The notes under the pieces are model-generated. The model saw nothing but the letters and a program-made list of their open reading frames with translations. It had not been told where the DNA came from and made no database searches. 64,000 nt of DNA, taken from contig CATNEN010000001.1 of the NCBI GenBank assembly GCA_950097015.1, positions 23,684,001 through 23,748,000 on the forward strand. Reading direction: 5' to 3'. Position 1 is the first letter of the stretch; each line of letters starts with the position of its first letter. This DNA is from Macrostomum hystrix (Eukaryota > Animalia > Platyhelminthes). Below, piece after piece: positions 1 through 13,621 of this stretch. The translations under genes and the position numbers were made by a program.

Positions 1-1150
1 CCTCCCCCTCTCTCTATCTACCTCTCCCTCTCTCTATCTACCTCTCCCTCTCTCCATCTACCTCTCCCTCTCTCTATCTACCTCTCCCTCTCTCTATCTA
101 CCTCTCCCTCTCTCTATCTACCTCTCCCTCTCTCTATCTACCTCTCCCTCTCTCTATCTACCTCTCCCTCTCTCTATCTACCTCTCCCTCTCTCTATCTA
201 CCTCCCCCATCTCTATCTCCCTCCCCCTCTCTATCTACCTCTCCCTCTCTCTATCTACCTCCCCCTTCTCTATCTACCTCTCCATCTCTCTATCTACCTC
301 TCCATCTCTCTATCTACCTCTCCCTCTCTCTATCTACCTCTCCCTCTCTCTATCTCCCTCCCCGTCTCTCTATCTACCTCCCCCTCTCTCTATCTACCTC
401 TCCCTCTCTCTATCTACCTCTCCCTCTCTCTATCTACCTCTCCCTCTCTCTATCTACCTCTCCCTCTCTCTATCTACCTCTCCCTCTCTCTATCTACCTC
501 CCCCCTCTCTATCTCCCTCCCCCTCTCTCTATCTCCCTCCCCGTCTCTCTATCTACCTCCCCCTCTCTATCTCCCTCCCCGTCTCTCTATCTACCTCCCC
601 CTCTCTCAATCTACCTCTCCCTCTCTCTATCTACCTCTCCCTCTCTCTATCTACCTCTCCCTCTCTCTATCTACCTCTCCCTCTCTCTATCTACCTCTCC
701 CTCTCTCTATCTTCCTCCCCCCTCTCTATCTCCCTCCCCCTCTCTCTATCTACCTCCCCCTCTCTCTATCTACCTCTCCCTCTCTCTATCTACCTCTCCC
801 TCTCTCTATCTACCTCTCCCTCTCTCTATCTACCTCTCCCTCTCTCTATCTACCTCTCCCTCTCTCTATCTTCCTCCCCCCTCTCTATCTCCCCCCCTCT
901 CTCTATCTACCTCCCCCTCTCTCTATCTACCTCCCCCTCTCTCTATCTCCCTCCCCGTCCCTCTATCTACCTCCCCCCTCTCTATCTCCCTCCCCGTCTC
1001 TCTATCTACCTCCCCCTCTCTCAATCTACCTCTCTCTCTCTATCTACCTCCCCCCTCTCTATCTCCCTCCCCCTCTCTCAATCTACCTCTCCCTCTCTCT
1101 ATTTCCCTTTGCCTCTCTCTGTCTCCCTCCCTCTCCCTCCCATCTCTCTT
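1..1150. repeat. pyrimidine-rich ~20-bp minisatellite (ctctctatctacctctccct)n, probably intronic in the Cys-loop gene
   Basis: Tandem unit read directly from the sequence. Confidence 0.95.
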
Positions 1151-1939
1151 CCTTCTTCTTCCACTCTCTACCGTGCTTCGGATACTCTGCTTTACCTTCC
1201 AGCCATTTCGCTTTCTCTCCTTATATGTCGCTCGATCAAGCTGCACCTTTTAAACACGTTGCCGCGTGCACTATAAGACAGCGGGGTCTCAGAATCTCCG
1301 AATAAGTTTGTCATCGACCAGAGCAGCTGCACAGGATCAGGAAACCGTTGACAAACTTTCCACTCTTTCCTTTTGAATCGATTTTTTTAAGAAAGAAATA
1401 TATCAAGCATAGGTCTTTGCGTCCTTGAGAGTTGTCTTGCCGACCCCACGGGACTTTTTAGTTTTCTTTAACTTTCAGTTTTTCTTTAATAACAATCCCA
1501 AAATCTAATCTGCAATTTTTTTTGGCCCCATCTGCTGTGGGCTCGCGCAGATAATCTGCTTTCAATTTCGCATTTCTGCCAGTGTGTTTGAATAGAAAAT
1601 TGAGATCAAATACTGACTGCCATAATCCGGGACTCGCTTGCACTTTTCTTTAGCCAGGAAAATGGGGCGGAGAACAAGAGTGTCACGATCTCAGCAAACC
1701 CAACCGAATCATTATCTTCTTGTCTCTTTTCTTCTGGACCAATTCTTTGAGCTCATTTTCTTCTTTGGCATGTCTGGCTGCGCGCGCAAGTTTAAGTTGA
1801 GTCGGCTTGAGTATTACTGAATGCAAATTTACAAGGAATAAAATCAGATAAAAGTTTACATTATGAGAGTCGAAAGAATCCACTGAGTCCGACCTCAAGA
1901 TCTCACCCCTGATAATCCCAATCTTTGAGGTGAGATTTG

Positions 1940-2150
1940 CAGGGGTGAGATTTTGAAGTGATATATACAGGGGTGAGATTTTGAAGTGATATATACAGGG
2001 GTGAGATTTTGAAGTGATATACAGGGGTGAGATTTTGAAGTGATATACAGGGGTGAGATTTTGAAGTGATATACAGGGGTGAGATTTTGAAGTGATATAT
2101 ACAGGGGTGAGATTTTGAAGTGATCTATACAGGGGTGAGATTTTGAGTCT
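1940..2150. repeat. ~26-28-bp tandem repeat (aggggtgagattttgaagtgatatac)n
   Basis: About 7 copies, then degenerate copies to ~2340. Confidence 0.9.
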
Positions 2151-2461
2151 GGATTAAAGGGGTGGAGATTTTGGAGGTATGAGTCGCAGGAATGGGATTT
2201 TTAGGTGAGACTTGCCGGGTGTGACTCACGGGAGTGATATTTTCTGCTGAAATTCGCAGCGTGAGATATTGAGGTGAGATTCGCAGGGGAGAGATTCTGA
2301 GGTAGGATTATCAGGGGGTGAGATTTAAGGTGGGGTTATCAGGGGCAAATCTCACCTCAAAATCTCTTCCGTGCGAATCTCGTTGAAAATGTTTGATCTC
2401 ATTCTGCTACCTTGAGTTCGCACCCATCCATATAACTCTCACTTCACTCCAATGCTCAAAG

Positions 2462-2745
2462 GTGTCATGACCGTGCTGTCTATGACCACACAGTCCATGG
2501 GTTTGTGGATGACCCTGCCCAAGGCTTCCTACATCAAGGCCATAGACATCTGGATGGGCGTCACCGTGCTGTACGTGTTCGGAGCCATGCTGGAGTTCGC
2601 TATGGTCAACACAATGGCCAGGAATGAGATCCGGCGCGTCACCATGCGTGCCAGGAGGGCTGCCAAGCTCAACAATGGAGCCGGTGTCACAGGGACCGCC
2701 AGCACAACTGGCTCGCCTCCGGATGCGGCCTTCTCACCGATGATG
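2462..2745 (+). CDS. Cys-loop ligand-gated anion channel subunit (GluCl/glycine-receptor-like), M2-M3 exon; upstream exons not identified in this window
   Basis: [12 protein letters not shown]...[15 protein letters not shown]...AMLEFAMVN matches the GlyR/GluCl M2, M2-M3 loop and M3 pattern. Acceptor aag|g at 2461, donor atg|gtgagt at 2746. Confidence 0.9.
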
Positions 2746-2769
2746 GTGAGTTGCAGTGCTAAAAATCCC

Positions 2770-3350
2770 CATTTGAGGATCAGGACTGTTTGAAATACCT
2801 ATTTGAGGATCTGAAGTGTTTGAAATCCTAATTTTAGGACCAGGAATTCTAATGTGAGGATCTGCAGTGTTTGAAACCCTTAATTTGGGGATTTAGAGTG
2901 TTTGAAATCCCAATCTTGGGTCCGGAGAGTTTGAAATCCCAAATTGAGGATCGAGTGTTTGAAATCCCAAATTGAGGATCTAGAGTGTTTGAAATCCCAA
3001 ATTGAGGATCGAGTGTTTGAAATCCCTAATTGAGGATCGGGTGTTTGATATCCCAAATTAAGGATCGAGTGTTTGAAATCCCAAATTGAGGATCGAGAGT
3101 GTTTGAAATCCCAAATTGAGGATCGAGAGTGTTTGAAATCCCAAATTGAGGATCGAGAGTGTTTGAAATCCCAAATTGAGGATCTAGAGTGTTTGAAATC
3201 CCAAATTGAGGATCGAGAGTGTTTGAAATCCCAAATTGAGGATCGAGAGTGTTTTAAATCCCAAATTGAGGATCGAGTGTTTGAAATCCCTATGTGAGGA
3301 CCGGGAGTGTTTGAAATCCCAAATTGAGGATCGAGTGTTTGAAATCCCAA
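2770..3350. repeat. 28-30-bp intronic minisatellite (gtgtttgaaatcccaaattgaggatcgaga)n
   Basis: Tandem unit filling the intron between the channel exons. Confidence 0.95.
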
Positions 3351-3384
3351 TGTGTCAGCCCGGATTTCAACCACTGTCTGACAG

Positions 3385-3546
3385 GCCAAGAAGCTGGTTA
3401 ACGAGTACACCTACGGCGATTGGAAGGCCTGGGACCCGAACTCGCGCCAGCTGGCCCGCAAGGTCGACAAGATGTCGCGGTTTCTATTCCCGCTGTCGTT
3501 TTTCATATTCTTCGTCTGCTACTGGGCCCACTTTGTGTTCTTCTGA
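3385..3546 (+). CDS. Cys-loop channel terminal exon (M4)
   Basis: Acceptor tgacag|gcc, phase 0 with the previous exon. Translates AKKLVNEYTYGDWKAWDPNSRQLARKVDKMSRFLFPLSFFIFFVCYWAHFVFF*, a typical 'D..SR..FP..F..F...YW' M4. This frame is not in the ORF track. AATAAA at 4593. Confidence 0.9.
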   Translation, partial: AKKLVNEYTYGDWKAWDPNSRQLARKVDKMSRFLFPLSFFIFFVCYWAHFVFF

Positions 3547-4706
3547 GCATTCGGTAACGGGCCAACGTTTTATGTAACGCTTTCCTGACGAATTCCGTTG
3601 CTTTTTAATTAGTTACTTTTTTGTTGTGTCATATGGGCTCATAATAGTTCATTTTATGGCACTTCATATAATCGGTGAGTTTATTTTGTTCCGTTAAATG
3701 TTTACTGAAGCTCTGTTACATCTAGATCGCTAAATAACTAAAATCGGTGGTTAATTCCGTTAATATTTCCGTTTTTTTCATTAAAACCTTAAATTTAGTA
3801 TATTTCATTAATATTGAGTCGTTAAACTGTGAAGTCGTCATTTTTTCGTGACTTTTCTAAGAAATGACAGTCACAAATTTCGCGATGGATTTGTAATCTT
3901 CTTTTTAATTTATTCTTTAATCCTGGGTCACTTTTTTAATCACTTTTCTTGCCTTTAACCCAAACAAGCGAAAAATGGTCAGATTTTATCACTCAAGGTC
4001 AAATGTGTCCGCTTTTGTAAAACTGCTTAACAAAGACATTAGTGAATAACTTTACTTTTATTTTTTGATAAAAATGCAGATCTTTAACCTTCAAAGATCA
4101 TTAACATAGCTGTCAATTTAAAATATTAGGCATGGTTCTAAAAACATCATGTAACACTGAGTCTAGTGTTTGGTGGCACAGCTAAAAGTACAAATCCACA
4201 TTCTATTCTGGCTGTTGCTAAATACTATGCGAAATCTAATCTCATATTTTATTATCTGTAAATACTAGTATCAAACTGTAAGAATTGGAATTGTGGTTAT
4301 AATTATAGCAGTAAAAATCGTTATATTGTTTTTTATAATCATTATTGTCACTGCGATTCAATTCAATGAGACTTGTGCTTTGTTATAACGAATAACTCAC
4401 CGCTGTGTCAACATATTTGCATTATTTCGTATTTTGTACTGCGATTTATCTATTTTCAATTATCAATGATCGTCACTGCGCGTGCAAGCTGTACGTTGAA
4501 CTATTTCTTAGAAAACAAGTTGTCAAGAAAAATTGGAATTCTTTCTAAAGTCCATAGCTCGCATCCCAGGGGATCCATTTTTATCTTATAATAATAAACA
4601 TTGATTACAGGTAATTCTTGTCTGTTCTGTCTAACTTGGAAATCAAACTGAAATATTTTGGGATAATTATCATGTTTTTCTAATTCTTTATTCTTTCTTT
4701 TTGTTT

Positions 4707-6637
4707 CTAGCTGTCTAGATCTATCACCTGGGTTGCAGGTGTCTAGCTGTCTAGATCTATCACCTGAGTTGCAGGTGTCTAGCTGTCTAGATCTATCACC
4801 TGGGTTGCAGGTGTCTAGCTGTCTAGATCTATCACCTGGGTTGCAGGTGTCTAGCTGTCTAGATCTATCACCTGGGTTGCAGGTGTCTAGCTGTCTAGAT
4901 CTATCACCTGGGTTGCAGGTGTCTAGCTGTCTAGATCTATCACCTGGGTTGCAGGTGTCTAGCTGTCTAGATCTATCACCTGGGTTGCAGGTGTCTAGCT
5001 GTCTAGATCTATCACCTGAGTTGCAGGTGTCTAGCTGTCTAGATCTATCACCTGGGTTGCAGGTGTCTAGCTGTCTAGATCTATCACCTGGGTTGCAGGT
5101 GTCTAGCTGTCTAGATCTATCACCTGGGTTGCAGGTGTCTAGCTGTCTAGATCTATCACCTGGGTTGCAGATGTCTAGCTGTCTAGATCTATCACCTGAG
5201 TTGCAGGTGTCTAGCTGTCTAGATCTATCACCTGAGTTGCAGGTGTCTAGCTGTCTAGATCTATCACCTGAGTTGCAGGTGTCTAGCTGTCTAGATCTAT
5301 CACCTGAGTTGCAGGTGTCTAGCTGTCTAGATCTATCACCTGGGTTGCAGGTGTCTAGCTGTCTAGATCTATCACCTGGGTTGCAGGTGTCTAGCTGTCT
5401 AGATCTATCACCTGGGTTGCAGGTGTCTAGCTGGCTAGATCTATCACCTGAGTTGCAGGTGTCTAGCTGTCTAGATCTATCACCTGGGTTGCAGGTGTCT
5501 AGCTGTCTAGATCTATCACCTGGGTTGCAGGTGTCTAGCTGGCTAGATCTATCACCTGAGTTGCAGGTGTCTAGCTGTCTAGATCTATCACCTGGGTTGC
5601 AGGTGTCTAGCTGTCTAGATCTATCACCTGGGTTGCAGGTGTCTAGCTGTCTAGATCTATCACCTGGGTTGCAGGTGTCTAGCTGTCTAGATCTATCACC
5701 TGGGTTGCAGGTGTCTAGCTGGCTAGATCTATCACCTGAGTTGCAGGTGTCTAGCTGTCTAGATCTATCACCTGGGTTGCAGGTGTCTAGCTGACTAGAT
5801 CTATCACCTGGGTTGCAGGTGTCTAGCTGGCTAGATCTATCACCTGAGTTGCAGGTGTCTAGCTGTCTAGATCTATCACCTGGGTTGCAGGTGTCTAGCT
5901 GTCTAGATCTATCACCTGGGTTGCAGGTGTCTAGCTGTCTAGATCTATCACCTGGGTTGCAGGTGTCTAGCTGTCTAGATCTATCACCTGGGTTGCAGGT
6001 GTCTAGCTGTCTAGATCTATCACCTGGGTTGCAGGTGTCTAGCTGTCTAGATCTATCACCTGGGTTGCAGGTGTCTAGCTGTCTAGATCTATCACCTGAG
6101 TTGCAGGTGTCTAGCTGTCTAGATCTATCACCTGAGTTGCAGGTGTCTAGCTGTCTAGATCTATCACCTGGGTTGCAGGTGTCTAGCTGTCTAGATCTAT
6201 CACCTGGGTTGCAGGTGTCTAGCTGTCTAGATCTATCACCTGAGTTGCAGGTGTCTAGCTGTCTAGATCTATCACCTGGGTTGCAGGTGTCTAGCTGTCT
6301 AGATCTATCACCTGAGTTGCAGGTGTCTAGCTGTCTAGATCTATCACCTGGGTTGCAGATGTCTAGCTGTCTAGATCTATCACCTGGGTTGCAGGTGTCT
6401 AGCTGTCTAGATCTATCACCTGAGTTGCAGGTGTCTAGCTGTCTAGATCTATCCCCTGGGTTGCAGATGTCTAGCTGTCTAGATCTATCACCTGAGTTGC
6501 AGGTGTCTAGCTGTCTAGATCTATCACCTGAGTTGCAGGTGTCTAGCTGTCTAGATCTATCACCTGAGTTGCAGGTGTCTAGCTGTCTAGATCTATCACC
6601 TGAGTTGCAGGTGTCTAGCTGTCTAGATCTATCACCT
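4707..6637. repeat. 36-bp minisatellite (tctagctgtctagatctatcacctgggttgcaggtg)n, ~53 copies
   Basis: Near-perfect tandem array; explains ORFs 4733 and 5813. Confidence 0.97.
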
Positions 6638-7489
6638 CGTGTTTTTACCGCTGCACCTGAAAATTGCCTTATTTAGCTAAATTATCCTCCTTAATAGAGG
6701 CAGTTCAGTTTGACTTGGACTTCCGATTATTCCCAAATGAGTTCAGCTCAAGTTAGACAGAATCACAAATATTGAGCCATGGTTTTTGCCATGCCTTCAA
6801 ACAGGGATTCTCTAACAGAGGAACAGCGGCCAAAAAATAAAAATGAGATCGGAATATGGAATGTTTCTAGGAAAAAATTTCCCTGGGTGGGATTGGGGAA
6901 CAGTTAAAAGCTTTCAAAGAGAGAGAAAACGGAGTTTCGAGAATTAAGAGCCGCTCAGTCTTATAAAAGGCTGCAGCAGCAGCAGCAGCTAGATGAGCAG
7001 CGTGGGAAGAAGGGATGAAAATCCTGCAGTTAAAATATTGGGGAGTAAAAGGAACATCTGGCACTGGAAGGGACTGCTTGCTACAAAGCCAGGAAGGAAG
7101 CATGGCTGCGCATGACATCGCACTTCCTGCAAATTGGCCTCTTAACATTGCGCGTGTTTTATCCGAGCAACAGAAACCGGATAATTGGGTCAAGTGTTGG
7201 AGCATTCTACTCATACAGATGTCTGGTGTCTAGGCTAGTTTCTTTCTGGATTAGAAATTTGTTTGTCATTGTCCATGGACTGAATAGCTGTACACAGCCT
7301 TGAGATGCGCCGCGCAATAGCTGCGGCTGTGCCACTCGCTGCACATCAAACCCGATTGGGATAACTTAATAGACTATTATTTTTTTAAATCCCTAGTCAA
7401 TCAATCGATCATTATTTCCCCCAATACCGAAAATTTATCGACCATTTTCCCGAATCCCCACAATAAATCCGTTTTTTCTAAATCAACTC

Positions 7490-7815
7490 CCCAGTCAATC
7501 AATCGACTATTATTCCCCCAAATCCCGAGTCAATCAATCAGCTATTATTCCCCCAAATCCCGAGTCAATCAATCAGCTATTATTTCCCCAAATCCCGAGT
7601 CAATCAATCAGCTATTATTTCCCCAAATCCCGAGTCAATCAATCAGCTATTATTTCCCCAAATCCCGAGTCAATCAATCAGCTATTATTTCCCCAAATCC
7701 CGAGTCAATCAATCAGCTATTATTTCCCCAAATCCCGAGTCAATCAATCAGCTATTATTTACCCAAATCCCGAGTCAATCAATCAGCTATTATTTACCCA
7801 AATCCCGAGTCAATA
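7490..7815. repeat. 35-bp minisatellite (ccccaaatcccgagtcaatcaatcagctattattt)n
   Basis: Direct tandem units. Confidence 0.95.
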
Positions 7816-9104
7816 TGCGCAGAGCTAGCAAAGATAACCAAATAAATTGTGATGAAAATGTTAAAAAATTTGTCGTTAACGAATTATTTTAGTTAGACTG
7901 GAAAAAACTGAAACAGAGAAGCAGATGAAAATATTACTCATAAAGTTACTAGTGGAAAACACGGGTAAAACCTTGTGCTGAGGCATTTCAGTGATTATAT
8001 TTATTTTTTATATGTAACTTTATGCTACAAAGTATAATATTATACCTATTTTTGTTTATGAATATTATAAAATTAAGCCACAGCCACACACTCAAGTGTC
8101 TCACACGTTATAGCTTGAATATGCTTCTTATACTACTCTTGTTATATAGTAGTCACAAACAGTTTTAGCGGACAAACGATGGAAAATTGAAGTGACACAG
8201 TAAGTGTATTTTCCAAGAAATAATAAAATACAACTAAAAATGAGAGCAGAGGCATACAGACCGAAAAAATTTAAAGAAAAAAACTTAATTGAACAACGAT
8301 ATAAATAAGAGTTTAATTATTAAGTATACCAACAAAATTTGTTCGATTTCTCGCATTTACCACTGAACAATGTGAATCTTATCAGTAAGGAACACAAAAA
8401 AGGTAATTTATTGTCAGAATTTTTAATCAGTAAAACAAACTCTAGGCAGATTTGTGAGGACAATTCAAGGTTATTGGAATTTAGGCACCGATTCAAATTG
8501 AATCTCTCGGTCTGCCAAACGAATATATAAGCTTGTATATTAATTTTGTTCGTTTTATAAACAGACTGTAAGTCTAGTCCCCCACAGTCTCTGGATAATG
8601 GGATTTGCAGTACTGGATAACGGATAAAAATCGACAATGAAACCGGTCACTAAAAGAAGCAATCAAAATTATTTCTCAGAATTGATTTCCTTGAAAGCTA
8701 GATTAAAACAACACAGTTGGGATTTAAAAAAAAAACAAAGAAGGCAGAATTGAATTTTGATAAACAAAACTGATCACAAGAACAATGCGCAACAAAGGAT
8801 TCGATTAAAACACAGGTTAGGAAGTTGCTTCAATAAAGAAATTGAACCCCATCCACTTCAACAGGCGGTGCAAGTTATGAGAAATAGAAAACGAGAATCA
8901 TACCCTTAGTGGCTACTAAGAAACAACTCAGTAAGTAGCATCGGTTGCGTGTTATTAGATTCCATAAATAAATAACTTATTAATTAAACAAGTGCTGAAA
9001 AATAAGAACACGAGTAAATCCAGCCGCCCCAGCAGGCCGCTCAGCTCAGAAGGAATAGTTCTTAGCGCCTGGCCTTTGACGGAGATGAGAAACAAGACTG
9101 TGGC

Positions 9105-9662
<558 letters not shown>

Positions 9663-9803
9663 TTAGATCAGTTTCTGTTTTAATAACTGTATTGATAAAT
9701 TCAATTATTAACGGTGCGTCTTTAGTGTGAGCACTGAAATTCAGTTGAAGGCTGCTTCTTGGAATAGGGTTACTGTTTGATTTTATCGCTTCGATCGCTT
9801 TTC

Positions 9804-10978
9804 AACCTCACCTAGACACTTCACAGCCCACTGCGAACCTCACTTAGACACTTCACACCCCACTGCGAACCTCACTTAGACACTTCACACCCCACTGCGA
9901 ACCTCACCTAGACACTTCACACCCCACTGCGAACCTCACCTAGACACTTCACACACCACTGCGAACCTCACTTAGACACTTCACACCCCACTGCGAACCT
10001 CACCTAGACACTTCACACACCACTGCGAACCTCACTTAGACACTTCACACACCACTGCGAACCTCACTTAGACACTTCACACACCTCACTGCGAACCTCA
10101 CTTAGACACTTCACACCCCACTGCGAACCTCACTTAGACACTTCACACCTCACTGCGAACCTCACTTAGACACTTCACACCTCACTGGGAACCTCACTTA
10201 GACACTTCACAGCCCACTGCGAACCTCACTTAGACACTTCACACACCACTGCGAACCTCACTTAGACACTTCACACACCTCACTGCGAACCTCACTTAGA
10301 CACTTCACACCCCACTGCGAACCTCACTTAGACACTTCACACCTCACTGCGAACCTCACTTAGACACTTCACACCTCACTGGGAACCTCACTTAGACACT
10401 TCACACCTCACTGCGAACCTCACTTAGACACTTCACACCTCACTGCGAACCTCACTTAGACACTTCACACCTCACTGGGAACCTCACTTAGACACTTCAC
10501 ACCTCACTGCGAACCTCACCTAGACACTTCACACACCACTGCGAACCTCACTTAGACACTTCACACACCACTGCGAACCTCACTTAGACACTTCACACAC
10601 CTCACTGCGAACCTCACTTAGACACTTCACACCCCACTGCGAACCTCACTTAGACACTTCACACCTCACTGCGAACCTCACTTAGACACTTCACACCTCA
10701 CTGGGAACCTCACTTAGACACTTCACACCTCACTGCGAACCTCACTTAGACACTTCACACCTCACTGCGAACCTCACTTAGACACTTCACACCTCACTGG
10801 GAACCTCACTTAGACACTTCACACCTCACTGCGAACCTCACCTAGACACTTCACACACCACTGCGAACCTCACTTAGACACTTCACACACCACTGCGAAC
10901 CTCACTTAGACACTTCACACACCTCACTGCGAACCTCACTTAGACACTTCACACACCTCACTGGGAACCTCACTTAGA
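9804..10978. repeat. 32-34-bp minisatellite (gaacctcacttagacacttcacacctcactgc)n
   Basis: Tandem array between the snoRNA host region and the ARF1 acceptor. Confidence 0.96.
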
Positions 10979-11225
10979 TGCTACACATCAAAAATAATAA
11001 AATGATAGACAAGGAACACTGTTTCGATAAAAAACTATAAGATTATTAGAATTTATTAAAAAATATTTTTTATAGAAAAATAATAAATGCATCAATTGTT
11101 AGAAATTAACAAAAAGAACAATAAGCTCGACTTTAATCCGTGAGATAAGCAATCTGACTCCAGGTTCGCTGAAATTAGAATAAAATTAGGGAAATAAAAT
11201 TTAGTATTTTCCTAAAAAAACTCCA

Positions 11226-11287
11226 TCAGTTATATTTCACAAGCTGCTAACGATTTCAACAACGAGGAATTCAATACTGTTCATCAC
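11226..11287 (-). ncRNA. box C/D snoRNA, snR57-like (18S AACGAGGAAUUC guide)
   Basis: Minus strand: GTGATGA...GAATTCCTCGTTG-TTGA(D')...CTGA. The +5 rule selects the G equivalent to yeast Gm1572. Confidence 0.8.
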
Positions 11288-11476
11288 TCGGTTCAATTCA
11301 TCATGAATAAGCGAAAGTTTAAGTTAAAAATAAACTTTTACCGGATTTAGGAAGACGACAAAATAGTTTTTGGATCTTGAATTGAATCTACAAAAATTGA
11401 AAGGCAGAGAATACCAATGTGAAACACTGTAAATAAAGAAAAAGATTGTTTCCTAGAGTTAAAATTTACTTGCAAA

Positions 11477-11538
11477 TCATGGGTGAAATTGTCAATCAAA
11501 AAAGATCTGTTGGATCGCCGTATTAGCATTCTAATCAT
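11477..11538 (-). ncRNA. non-canonical box C/D snoRNA, family B (18S helix-23 region guide)
   Basis: Minus: ATGATTA-GAATGCT..CGGCGATCCAA-CAGA..TTGATTG..TTCACCC-ATGA; conserved in 6 copies. Confidence 0.78.
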
Positions 11539-11727
11539 TTGTAGTAGCCAAACTAACAATGAACCTGTGAAATCGCATGCTTCTCACCTTCAATATAGAA
11601 TTGATTCATTTATCGTCGGGCAAGACAAAATCGCAGCACAGGTTGCCTGAAGTTTTAGAAAAAATTATCTTTCATTAATGCTGTAGATAAAATAGAGGAA
11701 CTGCACTGCAACATTTTCGCATCCAGA

Positions 11728-11789
11728 TCATAGGTGAATTTCTCGATCAGATTTTGAATCTGTTGGATCGCCGTAAGCATTCTAATCAT
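11728..11789 (-). ncRNA. non-canonical box C/D snoRNA, family B
   Basis: Same boxes and guide as 11477; linkers diverged. Confidence 0.78.
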
Positions 11790-11959
11790 TTTGAACCGAT
11801 TGTCAATGGAATTCATTGATTCCATTTTTGATTGTCTAAAATCTACAAGAAGGGTTCAAGACTATGTACTAACGAAAACTGGTATTGTTGCGACTTACAC
11901 GCAAATTTAAGAGAGGCTTGAACAATGCTTGGTTGTTGGTGCGATGCGATGGAGAGTAG

Positions 11960-12115
11960 CGAAGTCACGTGAAGTGTGAGAGGGCGTTGTGCCCTGGACT
12001 ATATATTTAAACATGGTTAAGTTGGACAGACTGGAGGAGGTTGGCGGTACGATAACAAGAGTGCGCGACTGAGGGTAGGAGAGGAGGCTAGAACGTGAGC
12101 GGCGGACCAATCAGA
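11960..12115 (-). promoter_or_regulatory. candidate internal Pol II promoter (TATA-like, CCAAT, E-box)
   Basis: Minus-strand TTTAAATATATAG at ~11999-12011, CCAAT at 12107, CACGTG at 11966. Followed by a GTAAGT donor at 11898 with no obvious acceptor upstream. Confidence 0.4.
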
Positions 12116-12498
12116 AAGGAGGAAAGAGAGAAAGGATAGAGAACTGGACGATGTAAACAATAAAAGTACAGAGAACGAAAGAGTGAATAGAGGACAGAAG
12201 GCAGAGACGAAAGTCGCGACAGGTATCACAATTTGCTGCAATAAGATTACAATAGCTTGTTTCTTAAACAGCAGACAACTGTCTGTTGAAACAAATATTT
12301 TCATGCTTGAGAAACATACTAGATCACTTTGACTAGGATGTTTTAGTGAATTTAAACAATGTGTATTAATTAGGTAAATTGTGTCCTTGAGTAAGAGAAC
12401 ATATTTTTTTAGTGTTTCAGTTCATCCAGCTCTACTGTGGGTACTAGGAATTTAGCTGATTACCAATATAGCTGATTACCAATATAGCTGATTACCAA

Positions 12499-12710
12499 CG
12501 AGGCCACATTCATTTGGGGCGCAGCCGCAGAGAGAAGGCTTGGGGGCTTGTCGTGCAATTTACTCCCTTGAGGGCCAACCTCCAAGGCACAGTGAGAGTG
12601 TACACTGCCTGACAGTGAGAAATTCGGTGCAGTGTATATATTCAAGTGTGTACACACCTGCGTGCGTTTGTGCTGAGGAGTCAGCGGAATGGGCAGAATT
12701 GCCTCCCAGC
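12499..12710 (-). mobile_element. fragment of a dispersed SINE-like repeat
   Basis: Reverse-complement match to ~62415-62572 (ccccaaatgaatgtggcctcg, aaattgcacgacaagccccc). Confidence 0.7.
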
Positions 12711-12910
12711 TCACTAAATAATGCCCTTACCCGCAGCCATCCTGCAACAAATTATATTACACATTCAATAGAATTTACTCACCTAATCGGATATTTTTTC
12801 AGTAGCATCGCAATGTTGATTGAAATCTGTAAATTGTGTAGTTGTAGGAACAAATGCTAATTGCTACTTAAATTCACTAAGGCTGTAATAATCAGAGAAT
12901 TACAGAACAG

Positions 12911-12977
12911 TCATAGGTGAAGTTGTCAATCAAGGTTTAAAGATCTGTTGGATCGCCGAATAAGCATTGTTAATCAT
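12911..12977 (-). ncRNA. non-canonical box C/D snoRNA, family B
   Basis: Plus-strand image tcataggtgaa...tctgttggatcgccg..agcatt..taatcat. Confidence 0.78.
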
Positions 12978-13161
12978 AATGAGCATTTTTATTGTCAAAA
13001 GTAGCTATTGCCATATACTTTACTAACTATATTTAATAACCAAAGCTTGGGCGCTTGCAGTTGGGTAGCCAAATCGAAAAAACTATTAACCAAATCATGA
13101 AAATGATAAGTAATCTCAATTCAGGGCAGTTGCATAATCGTTACAAAATAAAATGGCAAGG

Positions 13162-13200
13162 TCAGTAAAAAGGTAACTGGCTATAACAAAGTCAAGGCCT
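13162..13200 (-). pseudogene. truncated SNORD58-like snoRNA (3' half only)
   Basis: tcagtaaaaaggtaactgg..aaagtca matches the copy at 15597, then breaks at the MITE; no box C found. Confidence 0.65.
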
Positions 13201-13201
13201 T

Positions 13202-13621
13202 CCCTGTAAAAAAATTGGCTGCTTCTTCGGCGGGTTTTTTGTGCAAAATAGGAGTGGAATCTACCAAAATCCCCCCTATCTCGCAAGAGTTAAAGAAACC
13301 ACCCAGGAAGCAGCCGATGTAACCGTAAATTGTGCGGAAACCGCCGAAGAATCACCCCAACCAGTGGCCCATGGGACAACCAGAGAACTATTTACGGGCG
13401 ATTCCTCGGCGGTTTCTGAGCATAGAATCTTCCGAACTGGAGGATTCTTTGGGTGATTCCTTTTCGCCACCAAGAAGCACCGAGAAAACGCCCAGTTGGG
13501 TAGATTCTAAGCATGGAATCATCCGATTGGTATGTTTCCAGCGTTCGGCTGTTTCTTTTTCTGGAAACACCGCAGATTCCAACTGGAATCACCCAAAGAA
13601 ACATCCCTATTTTTTAGCGGG
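13202..13621. mobile_element. MITE-like non-autonomous DNA transposon (~420 bp)
   Basis: Imperfect ~30-bp TIRs (ccctgtaaaaaaattggctgcttcttcgg vs reverse complement cccgctaaaaaatagggatgtttctttgg), CCC..GGG ends, internal inverted repeats. Confidence 0.65.

Noticed and set aside
3236-3577. ORF-track frame as the last channel exon
   Set aside because: The M4 helix is in a different frame, starting at the acceptor before 3385
4733-6676. Long repetitive ORFs (also at 2880, 23016-24673, 36334, 37724, 39364, 43594, 48837, 57858, 59408, 63108)
   Set aside because: They are translations of tandem repeats, often open in several frames or on both strands, with no splice or protein-family support
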